DNA of 64,000 nt, taken from the NCBI GenBank assembly GCA_964444415.1, contig CAYUHE010000001.1, positions 71,150 through 135,149 of the forward strand, in the 5' to 3' direction. This document shows, one piece after another, positions 1 to 9,781 of the stretch; positions within the stretch are counted from its first letter, which is position 1, and the number at the start of each line of letters is the position of its first letter. Source of the DNA: an uncultured Gammaproteobacteria bacterium (GTDB taxonomy: Bacteria; Cyanobacteriota; Vampirovibrionia; Gastranaerophilales; CAJFVJ01). The position numbers and the translations under genes were made by a program. The notes beneath the pieces were generated by a model, which was not told the DNA's origin, ran no database searches, and saw only the letters and a list, made by a program, of their open reading frames with translations.

Positions 1-1274
1 GCTCGATTTGCTAAAATAGTATTCTTTTGCTTTTTGTCTTTTTTGATTTGTCTAGGAAGTTCCATAGGTTCAACAATGCCCCAATTACTGTTTATTGGGC
101 TTAATGATTTATGATCTTCAAAGGTAATATATTGAACTAAAGCCCCAAGCATGCTTTCTGATGAAAGCTCCAACAAAGGCTCGTTTTTAAGAAATTTGGA
201 CATGTTTATACCCGCCAAAAGCCCTGAGGCAATGGATTCGGTATAACCTTCCGTACCTGTAATCTGCCCTGCGAAAAACAAATCTTCTCTTTTTTTTGTT
301 TGCAAAGTTCTTTTTAAAACTTTTGGACTGAAAACAAATGTATTTCTGTGCATCACACCATATCTGACGATATTAGCCGATTCAAGCCCAGGAATTTTTT
401 GAATAAGTTCTTTTTGGGCACTCCATTTCAAATTTGTCTGAAAACCCACCATATTATACAAATTCGCAGCCATATCATCTTGCCTGAGCTGAACAACTGC
501 ATAATTTTTTTCGCCTGTTCTCTCATCCACAAGACCAACTGGTTTCAAAGGACCAAAACGCAAAGTATCCACACCCCTTGAAGCTAAGACTTCAACAGGC
601 AAACAAGACTCGAAAAACTTGGCATCTTTTTCGAAATCTTTAAGCTCAATTTTGGGAGCATTAACTAAAATATTGTAAAATTCTGCATACTGCTCTTTAT
701 CCATAGGACAATTTATATAACAGGCATCGCCTTTGTTATAACGATTTGCCACAAAAGCAATGTCAAAATTTATACTGCTTTTTTCGATAATAGGCGCAAT
801 CGCATCAAAAAAAGCCAGATGGGCTTCACCAGTAAAGGCCTTAATTTCATTACTTAAATCTTCTGAAGTCAAAGGTCCTGAAGCTATAATGGTAGGCCCC
901 TCAGGGATTTTCGTGATTTCTTGCCTGATAAAATTTATTTTGGGATTTTCTTCTATCAAACGCTCAATTTCAGAAGAAAAAACTTCTCTATCTATAGCCA
1001 AAGCATTCCCTGCCGGCACAGAACAACGTTTTGCTACTTCTATCAAAACCCCGCCGAGCAAACTCATTTCTTCTTTCAAAAGACCTGATGCCCCTGTAAT
1101 ATCTAAAGAACCTAAACTATTACTGCAAACAAATTCTGCCGGTTTTTCAGACTGATGTGCGCCTGTAGTTTTGAGAGGACGCATTTCATAAAGGTCAACT
1201 TCGATGCCTCTTTTTGCGAGCTGAAAAGCAGCCTCTGTACCTGCCAAGCCTGCCCCTATAATGCAAACTTTCAA
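1..1274 (-). CDS. trmFO: tRNA (uracil-5-)-methyltransferase TrmFO (Gid), truncated by the window edge
   Basis: Manual translation from TTG at 1274: MKVCIIGAGLAGTEAAFQLAKRGIEVDLYEMRP...ELVCSNSLG-like motif (EFVCSNSLGS), later FAGQITGTEGYTES. Absent from the ORF track because its stop lies outside the window. Confidence 0.95.
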   Translation of the reverse strand, partial: MKVCIIGAGLAGTEAAFQLAKRGIEVDLYEMRPLKTTGAHQSEKPAEFVCSNSLGSLDITGASGLLKEEMSLLGGVLIEVAKRCSVPAGNALAIDREVFSSEIERLIEENPKINFIRQEITKIPEGPTIIASGPLTSEDLSNEIKAFTGEAHLAFFDAIAPIIEKSSINFDIAFVANRYNKGDACYINCPMDKEQYAEFYNILVNAPKIELKDFEKDAKFFESCLPVEVLASRGVDTLRFGPLKPVGLVDERTGEKNYAVVQLRQDDMAANLYNMVGFQTNLKWSAQKELIQKIPGLESANIVRYGVMHRNTFVFSPKVLKRTLQTKKREDLFFAGQITGTEGYTESIASGLLAGINMSKFLKNEPLLELSSESMLGALVQYITFEDHKSLSPINSNWGIVEPMELPRQIKKDKKQKNTILANR

Positions 1275-1275
1275 A

Positions 1276-2268
1276 TTACTGCTCCATATCTTTGAAAGGA
1301 GTCGTATCATTATAGCTCGCCATATTTATAAAGGTATATAAAACTTGCGAACTGAAATTCTTTGAACCGACCTCTAAAATTATTTTAAGAGCATCTTTTG
1401 TATTTTTAACCCCTGTTCTAAGTCTACCTGTAATCAAATTATCATAATAGTTACAGATATTTATTATCTGACTGTACAAGCTTATTTGATTATCGGAAAT
1501 GCCATAAGGATAGCCTGAGCCGTCATGGTTTTCGTGGTGTTCTAAAACAGCACGGCATACATTTTCAGGAAAACCGAAATCATTTTTCAAAAATTTATAG
1601 CCTATCTGCGGGTGAAGCTGTAAAACTTTTTGCTCTTTAGGAGTCAAACTTTGTTTTATTAAAATGTTTTTATCAATTTTGGTTTTGCCGACATCATGCA
1701 GCAATGCAGCTAAAGCTACATCGTTAATGGCAAGCTCTTTCAATTTCATTTTAGAAGCTAAAATTATTGCCAAAATGGTAACATTAACTGAATGTGTCTG
1801 GTAATAACCGCCCATAAGCTGAACCTGCGAACGATATACCACATTTTCAACCGTAGGCAAGATAACTTCTATAATCCTGTCTCTGGCCTCTGTAAAGACT
1901 TCTTGGTTATTTACTTCATGCAAAATATATGAACCAAGAGCTTGCAAATACGTTTTTTTGATTCCAAGCTGTTCTTGAACTTCGATTATGGATGCGCTGT
2001 TGATTTTGAAATCTTCTTTAAAAAACTCATTCCAATAATCTTTTTCGGTAATTTTTTTCTCATCGCCTTGAAGATCTTTGTCTATAGTTTTTAATGCTTC
2101 ATCCTGCTCATTTTCGTCAATATATATTGCAGAAAAATATCTTAATTGAAGCAATTTTCCAGGGGTTAGAATTTTCCCGGACTCGAAAATTCGCTCACCA
2201 TTTTCATTGTAAATATTATATGGTAAAGCCTGATGTTCTATAAGGTCTTCTGTTCTAATTTGTTTCAA
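1276..2268 (-). CDS. HD-GYP domain protein (cyclic dinucleotide phosphodiesterase family)
   Basis: HDVGK, HHENHDGSGYPYG motifs. Confidence 0.9.
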   Translation of the reverse strand: MKQIRTEDLIEHQALPYNIYNENGERIFESGKILTPGKLLQLRYFSAIYIDENEQDEALKTIDKDLQGDEKKITEKDYWNEFFKEDFKINSASIIEVQEQLGIKKTYLQALGSYILHEVNNQEVFTEARDRIIEVILPTVENVVYRSQVQLMGGYYQTHSVNVTILAIILASKMKLKELAINDVALAALLHDVGKTKIDKNILIKQSLTPKEQKVLQLHPQIGYKFLKNDFGFPENVCRAVLEHHENHDGSGYPYGISDNQISLYSQIINICNYYDNLITGRLRTGVKNTKDALKIILEVGSKNFSSQVLYTFINMASYNDTTPFKDMEQ

Positions 2269-2380
2269 TTTGATAACCTCTATGGTCGACTCAATCCATT
2301 CTTACAACTGTAAAAAAGTATAAAAATCTAATTCTAATTATATCCTTTTTCAATTTTATTGAAAAATTTTTTCAGTCAAA

Positions 2381-2698
2381 TCAATTATTTAGTCGACTTT
2401 GTTCTATGCGAACATAATCGCATAAATTTTCGAGCTTTTTATCTTCCATCAATTTCAAAAAATCGGAAATATCAGCGATTTTATTCATTGCAAAGGCAAC
2501 TTCTGAAAGCAAAGCACAGTCATTGCAAAAAATAATATCCATGGAATACATTATAGAACCGGCTGTGGGCTTGTCTAAACCGCAGCAAGAGCAGGCAAAA
2601 AGCTCCGTTTCGGAATTTGGATTATCTTCAATATCATCCAATCTCATCTGCTCCATAACTTGTTGCATATCTTCGATAACTTTCATTTCTTCAGACAT
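2381..2698 (-). CDS. Small acidic hypothetical protein with putative Zn-binding Cys motifs
   Basis: Likely start MSEEMK at 2698; CSCCG...FCNDC. Confidence 0.65.
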   Translation of the reverse strand: MSEEMKVIEDMQQVMEQMRLDDIEDNPNSETELFACSCCGLDKPTAGSIMYSMDIIFCNDCALLSEVAFAMNKIADISDFLKLMEDKKLENLCDYVRIEQSRLNN

Positions 2699-2773
2699 AG
2701 ACTTATTCCTTAATAATATATAGTTGCGAAAAATTTTTAGTGCTAAAATTATCCTTATTAAATATAATACCAT

Positions 2774-3802
2774 ATGGATTTTTTTATGAAAGCTGCTGTA
2801 TTAAAAGAAAAAAATATTTTTGAAATTGAAGATATTAAAAAACCCGAACTTGAAGGTAAAGGTGCTTTAATAAGGGTTTTGGGCTGCGGTCTTTGCGGCT
2901 CTGATATTGTCAAAATAAAAACAGCTATGGCAAAAGAAGGTTCAATTTTAGGACATGAAATAGTTGGTATTATTGAACAAATACAAAGCGAAACTGATTT
3001 TGAAGTGGGCGACAAAGTTGTATTAGGACATCATGTTCCCTGTTTCAATTGTGAATTTTGCAAAGGCGGAAGTTTTTCAATGTGTAAAACTTTTAAAAAA
3101 ACTAATATAAAACCGGGCGGTTTCTGCGAATACCTAAAAGTCTCTGAAGCCCATCTCAAAAATACCGTATGCAAAGTGCCTGAAAATATGTCAGACATAG
3201 TGGCATCATTTACAGAACCTCTGGCTTGCTGCATAAGGGCAATAAAAAGAGCTTCCATTCAAAAAAATGACACCGTCTTAATCATCGGCCTTGGCTCAAT
3301 AGGACTTTTAATGGGTCAAGCAGCTCAAGTTTACGGAGCAAAAGTCATCGGCTGTGATATTTTACAAGACAGGCTTTCTATGGCAAAAAAACTCGGCTTC
3401 AATGAAACAATTTTATTTCAAAGCAATGAAACGACTTCTGACCTTTTAAAAAAGAAAATGCATGCTCTATCAGGTGTTGACAAAGTAATTTTAACAGCAG
3501 GAAATGATAATTCTATTGCTTTTGCACTCAAATCAATTCGTGATGGCGGCGATATAGTGATTTTTGCAAGTGTAAAATCAAATGACAAAGGCTTTTCCAA
3601 CAATGAGATTTATTATAGGGAATTAAGCATCAAAGCCAGCTATTCTCCGACACCTGCTGATATAAAAGAATCCTTTTCTCTACTAAAAGATGGTAAAATA
3701 AATGTAGAACACATAACTGAAGTTTATGATTTTAAAGACCTAAACCAAGCTGTGAGTGACTTTGTAAGTAACAAAATTCTGAAAGCGTATATCAAAATAT
3801 GA
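2774..3802 (+). CDS. Zn-dependent medium-chain (sorbitol/iditol-type) dehydrogenase
   Basis: CGLCGSD, GHE, CxxCxxC-x7-C structural Zn site, GLGSIG Rossmann motif. Confidence 0.9.
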   Translation: MDFFMKAAVLKEKNIFEIEDIKKPELEGKGALIRVLGCGLCGSDIVKIKTAMAKEGSILGHEIVGIIEQIQSETDFEVGDKVVLGHHVPCFNCEFCKGGSFSMCKTFKKTNIKPGGFCEYLKVSEAHLKNTVCKVPENMSDIVASFTEPLACCIRAIKRASIQKNDTVLIIGLGSIGLLMGQAAQVYGAKVIGCDILQDRLSMAKKLGFNETILFQSNETTSDLLKKKMHALSGVDKVILTAGNDNSIAFALKSIRDGGDIVIFASVKSNDKGFSNNEIYYRELSIKASYSPTPADIKESFSLLKDGKINVEHITEVYDFKDLNQAVSDFVSNKILKAYIKI

Positions 3803-4848
3803 AAATGAATGCAGTACGGTTTTATGCCCCTGAGAATATAAAATATGAACAAATAGAAGTTCAAGAGCCTAATGACGACGAGATTTTAGTCAAAGTCATG
3901 GCAGCTTTAACTTGCGGTACCGATGTCAAAACCTACCATAGAGGGCATCCTGTTCTTATAAAAACCACCCCATCAGGTTTTGGGCATGAATTCGCAGGCA
4001 TAATAGAAAAAATAGGCAAAAATGTTGAAGGATTTAAAGTCGGAGACAGAGTTGTAGCGGTAAATACAGCTCCTTGCATGGAATGCTATCATTGCAACAT
4101 AGAAGAATATAATCTTTGCGAAAATTTAGAATTTTTAAACGGCGCTTATGCAGACTACATAACAATTCCAAAACAAATTGCGAAAATCAACACATATAAA
4201 ATACCTGACCACGTATCTTTTGAAGAAGCTGCTTTTGTTGAACCTTTAGCAAATGTAGCACATGGCATCGAGAGAACCGAGATTAAGCCGGGGCAAACCG
4301 TGGGAATTATTGGCTTGGGGCCTATAGGTCTTATGCTTACACGTTTAGCAAAGCTAAAAGGCGCAAAAGTAATAGTAGCGGGCAGAAATCCGATGAAATT
4401 AGCTTTGGCTCAGTCTTTTGGAGGCGCTGATGCAATAATAGATTTGAATCTAGAACCTGATCCTGAAAGAGCATTCAAAAATCATACCCCTGAAGGCAGA
4501 GGTCTTGACGTTATCATTGAAGCTGTAGGATTGCCGGAGATTTGGGAAAGAACATTCAAACTTGTCAGAAAAGGCGGTACAGTACACCTTTTTGGCGGGT
4601 GCAAATCAGGAACCAGCGTAAATATAGATACGCACAGACTGCATTATGATGAAATAAGAGTCATTGGCGTTTTTCACCACACCCCAAAATATGTAAAACA
4701 AGCACTAGGCTTGATTTGTTCAGGGCAAATTGATGTAAAAAAATTAATAACTCACAAAATGCAGTTAAAAGAACTTGAAAAAGCTATAAAAATGCATAAA
4801 AACGGCGAAACTCTTAAAATACTTATTTCTCCGACAGGACAAAGCTAA
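3799..4848 (+). CDS. Zn-dependent medium-chain dehydrogenase (second of tandem pair)
   Basis: TCGTD, GHEFAG, CMECYHC...C, GLGPIG; ATGA-type overlap with upstream gene. Confidence 0.9.
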   Translation: MKMNAVRFYAPENIKYEQIEVQEPNDDEILVKVMAALTCGTDVKTYHRGHPVLIKTTPSGFGHEFAGIIEKIGKNVEGFKVGDRVVAVNTAPCMECYHCNIEEYNLCENLEFLNGAYADYITIPKQIAKINTYKIPDHVSFEEAAFVEPLANVAHGIERTEIKPGQTVGIIGLGPIGLMLTRLAKLKGAKVIVAGRNPMKLALAQSFGGADAIIDLNLEPDPERAFKNHTPEGRGLDVIIEAVGLPEIWERTFKLVRKGGTVHLFGGCKSGTSVNIDTHRLHYDEIRVIGVFHHTPKYVKQALGLICSGQIDVKKLITHKMQLKELEKAIKMHKNGETLKILISPTGQS

Positions 4849-4911
4849 CTCTTCCAAGTAGGTACTCCAGCCGTAATCGCTTCGCAAAACGGCTGCAGCA
4901 ACTTCGCCTCA

Positions 4912-4962
4912 GTCCAGTTTCGCCAAATCCAAAACTCTCATTTTGGCTTTGACTTCACATCC
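4912..4962 (-). repeat. Structured intergenic repeat, copy 1 (GGATGTGA-stem-GAAACTGGAC)
   Basis: Minus strand: GGATGTGA AGTCAAAGCCAAAA tgagag TTTTGGATTTGGC GAAACTGGAC. Confidence 0.7.
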
Positions 4963-5070
4963 TTTTTATTTAATAAACAATGTAACTCTTTGTAAAATTC
5001 ATCCATATGACTAGCACAAAAAGAGATGTTTTTAGTTTAAACTAATAACACGTTCTAAAAAGAAGGCATC

Positions 5071-5790
5071 ATGATAACAAAAATTCGACATCCAAAACTA
5101 AATATGGATCGAACCTTACGATACTCTGAGAGTGCGACAAACAAAGAGTGTGTGCTGCAGAAGAACGAAGAAAAAACTCAAACAATGAATAAATCCGCCA
5201 ACGTAACTTTCACGGGCGGATTTTTTAGTCCTAAAAAACAAGACAGTGTGAATTTTTCAGGAGCGCCTACACCTCCTAAAAAAGATTTTTGGACAAAATT
5301 AGGCGAAAATCCTAAAATTCAAAATTTCATAAAAAGCAAACGATTTGATAACCTCTTAAAAAAAGCAAATGATTTTGCCTGGATGGAAAGCATATTAATG
5401 TTTGCAATAGCAACCACTATCAAACCTGTTTCGATTATGGCATTACCTGTTGCAAAAGAAGAAGACAAAAAATATGCCGCAACAAAAGCATTTTTGGGAG
5501 GAGTTGTCGACTTTTCAATTTCCACCGCCGTCATCTTGCCTATAACCATGGTTATTAACAAATTCAATGAAAAAATCAAAAAAGACCCGACCATTTTGAC
5601 GGACAAAGTATCCTACCTAAAAGACAAAAAGAATTTCAACAATTTCAAAAAAGTTATTGAATACTCACCAAAAATTCTTTTAATCCCTGTAAGATCGGCT
5701 CTTACAATTGCCTTAATCCCTCCAACTTTGAAATATCTCTTCCCTGAAGAAGCTAAAAAGTTGAAATCAAAAAAAGGAGGCGGCAAATAA
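5071..5790 (+). CDS. Hypothetical membrane protein, module A, with F-x-G leader
   Basis: Leader motifs VTFTG and VNFSG; hydrophobic segments; homologous to the N-half of 15382..16773. Confidence 0.8.
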   Translation: MITKIRHPKLNMDRTLRYSESATNKECVLQKNEEKTQTMNKSANVTFTGGFFSPKKQDSVNFSGAPTPPKKDFWTKLGENPKIQNFIKSKRFDNLLKKANDFAWMESILMFAIATTIKPVSIMALPVAKEEDKKYAATKAFLGGVVDFSISTAVILPITMVINKFNEKIKKDPTILTDKVSYLKDKKNFNNFKKVIEYSPKILLIPVRSALTIALIPPTLKYLFPEEAKKLKSKKGGGK

Positions 5791-6476
5791 TGATAAATTC
5801 TATTAACGCCTACACTTCTCAAAATAAATATTTGCCAATCAAGCAAGAAACTTCAAAAAATTCTTCAAATACTAATTTTGGGAAAAATAAAATGCTTGAT
5901 GATTTTTGCTCAAAAATTGCAAATAAAAAACAAACTCAAAATATTATTTTCAAAATAGCAAACAGCGACATTATGAAATCAATTGTAAATTGGGGGGCAA
6001 AAGAAAAAACCACAATTAACAGAAAAGGTGAAATAATCTCCTCGAACAATTCCGATAAAATTAGTCAATATCTTATGGTTGGATATTCTGCTATTTTACA
6101 GACCAATCATATTATTAATATTTTAAGAAACAAAAAAATGCCTGAAGACAGAAAAGAAACATTAGCCATTAACAATGTACTTACTTTTATCCTTCCGACT
6201 CTGGGTGCTTTCACGATAGACAAATCTATAAACAAAGGTATAGACAGATTCCAGCGCTATGCAGAAACAGTCAAAAATAAAAAATTCAACGATTCTCAAG
6301 CAAAAGGCTTAAAAACTTTAAAGACGGTCTTTATCTTCGCAATGATGTATAAATACTTCGCAAACCTTGTAGCTACGCCTCTTGCAGAAGTAACTACAAA
6401 AGGGATGAAACACGCAGGACTCATAGGGAATAAATCTCAGCCAAAAGTCGAAGTTAAGAAAGAATCTTCAAAATAA
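5790..6476 (+). CDS. Hypothetical membrane protein, module B, with F-G leader
   Basis: TAATG coupling to module A; MINSIN...TNFGK leader; homologous to the C-half of 15382..16773. Confidence 0.8.
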   Translation: MINSINAYTSQNKYLPIKQETSKNSSNTNFGKNKMLDDFCSKIANKKQTQNIIFKIANSDIMKSIVNWGAKEKTTINRKGEIISSNNSDKISQYLMVGYSAILQTNHIINILRNKKMPEDRKETLAINNVLTFILPTLGAFTIDKSINKGIDRFQRYAETVKNKKFNDSQAKGLKTLKTVFIFAMMYKYFANLVATPLAEVTTKGMKHAGLIGNKSQPKVEVKKESSK

Positions 6477-7431
6477 CTTCCGCTCTTGATAACAAAGTGT
6501 GATTTTGTTCGATTTTTTCGATAGAATTACCCTTAAACTTGGCTCTTTCAGAAGGGTTTTTAATATATTTATTCAAAAGATTTATCAATTCATCAGTATT
6601 TTTGTACAAAATCAAATCCTTGCCGTCTTCAAAATATTTGGCAGTGTCTTCAACATAATCGCTAATCAAAAAAGACCCCGTAGCAAGAGCTTCAAGCACC
6701 CTTGAATTCATACTCGAAAAACCCTGCTCAAGTGTAATATTCAAAATCACATCTGCACGATGATAAGCTGCAGCAAGATGTTTTTCATCCGGCAGAAACC
6801 CTTTATAGCATTTTTTGTATTCTTCAACTTCTTCTTCATTCAAATAACCTTTTTCAAGCATATTTTTCACACTTTGCTCAAAATGCAGCCCAAAACAATA
6901 TATTGAAAGCATCCCTGGAAAATTCTTCACCACTTGGGCAATGATACTCTCTCTCCTATCTGTCAAAGGGCGCCCTGCAAAAAGAATTTTGGAAGAAGTC
7001 AATTCAATTTCAGGATAATCTTGTTTATAAAGTTCAAAATCAATACCTGTAGACAAATAATGGGCAGGGACCTTAAAATCACAAAGATATTTTTCATCCC
7101 AAGAAAAAACAATCGTTTTTGGCTGATTATTTAATTTATCCAAAAAATCTTCTTTGCCGCCATGGGCAAAAATACTTTTGGGGTCGTCTATAAAATAATG
7201 CACACAAGGTATTTTGAGCGAATTTACAAATTCTTTCACATCTTCTTGCATAAAATGCATATAATCCATCCCAAAAATAAAATCGGGCTCAAAATCTCTT
7301 ACTTTTTCAAAATCAATTTTTCGAATATCATATAAAAGCATCTCAGCTCCAAGCACCTCAAAGCCTTTAGCAATGCCTTTGATAATCATTTCGCCGACTA
7401 TGCTGGCAGGTGAAATAACAAGAATTTTCAT
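6454..7431 (-). CDS. CgeB-like glycosyltransferase (Glyco_trans_1_2 type)
   Basis: LFAGR...R, ILNI...MNSRVLEALATGSFLISD C-terminal GT-B signature. Confidence 0.8.
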   Translation of the reverse strand: MKILVISPASIVGEMIIKGIAKGFEVLGAEMLLYDIRKIDFEKVRDFEPDFIFGMDYMHFMQEDVKEFVNSLKIPCVHYFIDDPKSIFAHGGKEDFLDKLNNQPKTIVFSWDEKYLCDFKVPAHYLSTGIDFELYKQDYPEIELTSSKILFAGRPLTDRRESIIAQVVKNFPGMLSIYCFGLHFEQSVKNMLEKGYLNEEEVEEYKKCYKGFLPDEKHLAAAYHRADVILNITLEQGFSSMNSRVLEALATGSFLISDYVEDTAKYFEDGKDLILYKNTDELINLLNKYIKNPSERAKFKGNSIEKIEQNHTLLSRAEVILKILS

Positions 7432-7438
7432 ATTATGC

Positions 7439-8776
7439 CTATTTATCGTTTAATTTCAAAAGCAAATTATTATGCTTTGCCACAACTTCTCCCGATGAAA
7501 AAACATAATCAGGAAATTCTTTGTCAAAAAGATTTTTGTAAGTCTCATCTTCTTTAAGCATAAAAACCAAGAAATCAGCGTCTTTGCCTTTTTCAATACT
7601 TCCTATTCTATCATCAAGACGCAAAATCCTAGCAGCATTTATTGTCATCATATCCAAAAATTTCAAATCATCTATTCCTTTTTTGATATTTCTGACATAT
7701 TTGGCTTCATTTAATATGCTCAAATCCTTATTGCTGACCAGGCTGTCTGTGCCAAAAGCAACTTTTCCAGGAAAATATTTCATCAAATTAAAAATATTAG
7801 CCGTTTTTTTGTGATGAAATTGGTTACTGCGTGGACAATGAACAACGCTGGCACCCAATTTTGCAAGAGTTTCAAGCTCTTCATCATAAAGCTGATTGAC
7901 ATGAACCGCAATAAAATTATCCCTCATAGCATCAAATTCCTGCAAATAAGCAACAGGCGTAAGACCTTTTTTGTCAGGCTTCATATTTTGAAAATCTATA
8001 AATTTGTGAAGCAAATTAATATCAGAAGTCCCGTTTCTTAGCCAATCAAGCTCATCTTGACATTCTCCCAAATTAGTTTGCAGCAAGGCATGGTGCTTTC
8101 TGGAAAATTTTGCGATAACTTTCCAAAGTCGTTTATGCACATTATACAAAGAATGAGGTGCCATACCCAAAAAAGTATTCTCTTTTTTTCTCAATAAAAA
8201 CTTATGGACCTGTTTTTTAAGTCTTCTAAATTCTCTTTTGCTTGAATTTTTGGAATCGGCGAAAAGCTCAATAAATATATAAGTTTTCAAAGGAATATCA
8301 TTTAAAATATCAAAAAAATCTTTTTCGGATGAGACTTGTGCAATCGTTGTAGTCCCAGACAAAATAGACATTTCAAGGCCTTTTTTAAATGAATTTATTT
8401 TGTCTTTTTTATTCCAGCAAGAATATTCTTTAAAAACATTCATCATCCAATTCATAAATCTTTCAGGCGGAATATATCCGACCACAAAAAGTTTTTTCAA
8501 AGTCAAAATAAATCTTTTGATGAGCGCATTTTTATTTTTTGGTTTATAAGTCCCAACATCAGTATATTGCAGATGTGTATGCATATTTATAAAACCGGGG
8601 GTCAAAATCGCATTGCCATAATCATAAAACTCATATTCTGCATCGCCAAAATATTCTTGAATTTTATCATCATCAATAATATCGAGTATTTTACCCTCTT
8701 TAACGACCAGAGCCTTATTTTCAAGAACTCCCTCATTCGCAGGCAAAATCCACTTAGCTTTATAAACTTCCGACAT
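7439..8776 (-). CDS. Metal-dependent amidohydrolase (MTA/SAH or aminodeoxyfutalosine deaminase-like)
   Basis: PGFINMHTHL, SGTTT, APHSLY, HCPRSN, GTDS, GSIEKGKDAD. Confidence 0.85.
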   Translation of the reverse strand: MSEVYKAKWILPANEGVLENKALVVKEGKILDIIDDDKIQEYFGDAEYEFYDYGNAILTPGFINMHTHLQYTDVGTYKPKNKNALIKRFILTLKKLFVVGYIPPERFMNWMMNVFKEYSCWNKKDKINSFKKGLEMSILSGTTTIAQVSSEKDFFDILNDIPLKTYIFIELFADSKNSSKREFRRLKKQVHKFLLRKKENTFLGMAPHSLYNVHKRLWKVIAKFSRKHHALLQTNLGECQDELDWLRNGTSDINLLHKFIDFQNMKPDKKGLTPVAYLQEFDAMRDNFIAVHVNQLYDEELETLAKLGASVVHCPRSNQFHHKKTANIFNLMKYFPGKVAFGTDSLVSNKDLSILNEAKYVRNIKKGIDDLKFLDMMTINAARILRLDDRIGSIEKGKDADFLVFMLKEDETYKNLFDKEFPDYVFSSGEVVAKHNNLLLKLNDK

Positions 8777-8872
8777 TTTTTTATAACCTTTTTAAAAATT
8801 TTAATAAGACAAAGTCTATTGTACAACACTTTATTATAGATGTTAATAATTTAATACTTTATCTTAACTTGC

Positions 8873-9604
8873 CTACATCCAGTCTAGATATATATTTTTA
8901 ATATTGTTTTTTTCAATAAGATTCTTTATATGGGCCATTCTTTGTTCTCCATTTTGGAAAAATCTTTCATGAGTCTCACAGAAAATATAATCAATATGAT
9001 TATATAAACCTTTTAAAATAATTTTTTCTAAAATTTCAAATTCCGCTCCTTCTACATCAAGCTTTAAAATATATATTCTTTTGGGCAAAATCTCTTTTTC
9101 AATAAATTCGGTGAGGTCTATGACTTCTACATTTTCTTGTAAAATATCTTGTTTATACACTTCAGTATTATCAATTAATGTTATAGATGAGCCGCTAATA
9201 TCCTCTATACCGTCAAAACACAATGAACTTAAAGTTAAAGTTGTATTTTTATCCCATACTGCTTTATCAAAGATTTCTATTTGAGGGGTGGTTTTGAATA
9301 AATCTTTTTGATGATTTGCCAATCTTGAATTTGCCTCAAAAGCATAAACTTTGGCTCCAAAAAGATAAAATAACTCTGTCACATACCCAGCAAGAGAACC
9401 GCAATCTATACAAATAGACCCTTTTGGCATGTCTGATAAAATTTCTAAACATTTTTGAGTTATACTTTGTTGTTTTTTAACAATAAAATTTATTCTCGGC
9501 TCTTTAGCAGCACAGAAAATATCTGGATTTTTATAAAAATTTTCACATCGTTTAGGGTCAATTTCACAAATGTCTTTAGAACATTTTTCTGTATTTCTTG
9601 GCAT
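8873..9604 (-). CDS. FkbM-family methyltransferase
   Basis: IDCGS.AG, VYAFEAN, ILKLDVEGAEFEIL, ETHE. Confidence 0.85.
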   Translation of the reverse strand: MPRNTEKCSKDICEIDPKRCENFYKNPDIFCAAKEPRINFIVKKQQSITQKCLEILSDMPKGSICIDCGSLAGYVTELFYLFGAKVYAFEANSRLANHQKDLFKTTPQIEIFDKAVWDKNTTLTLSSLCFDGIEDISGSSITLIDNTEVYKQDILQENVEVIDLTEFIEKEILPKRIYILKLDVEGAEFEILEKIILKGLYNHIDYIFCETHERFFQNGEQRMAHIKNLIEKNNIKNIYLDWM

Positions 9605-9781
9605 AAATTTCTTCCTTATTATAAATACTCTTTTATAATATCACATCAATTAAACTAAAAAACACTAATCCATTTCGTTTAAATTCCAAGCAATTCCTTG
9701 ACTTGATACTCTACATATAGTGTAATAATGGGGAACGTTTACTAAATTAGAGTGTAATTTTCCATTTGAGTCGGCAAAAAA

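Noticed and set aside
348-1155. Plus-strand ORFs 348..581 and 760..1155
   Set aside because: Antisense shadows of trmFO. The many other short ORFs nested antisense or out of frame in identified genes were dismissed for the same reason.
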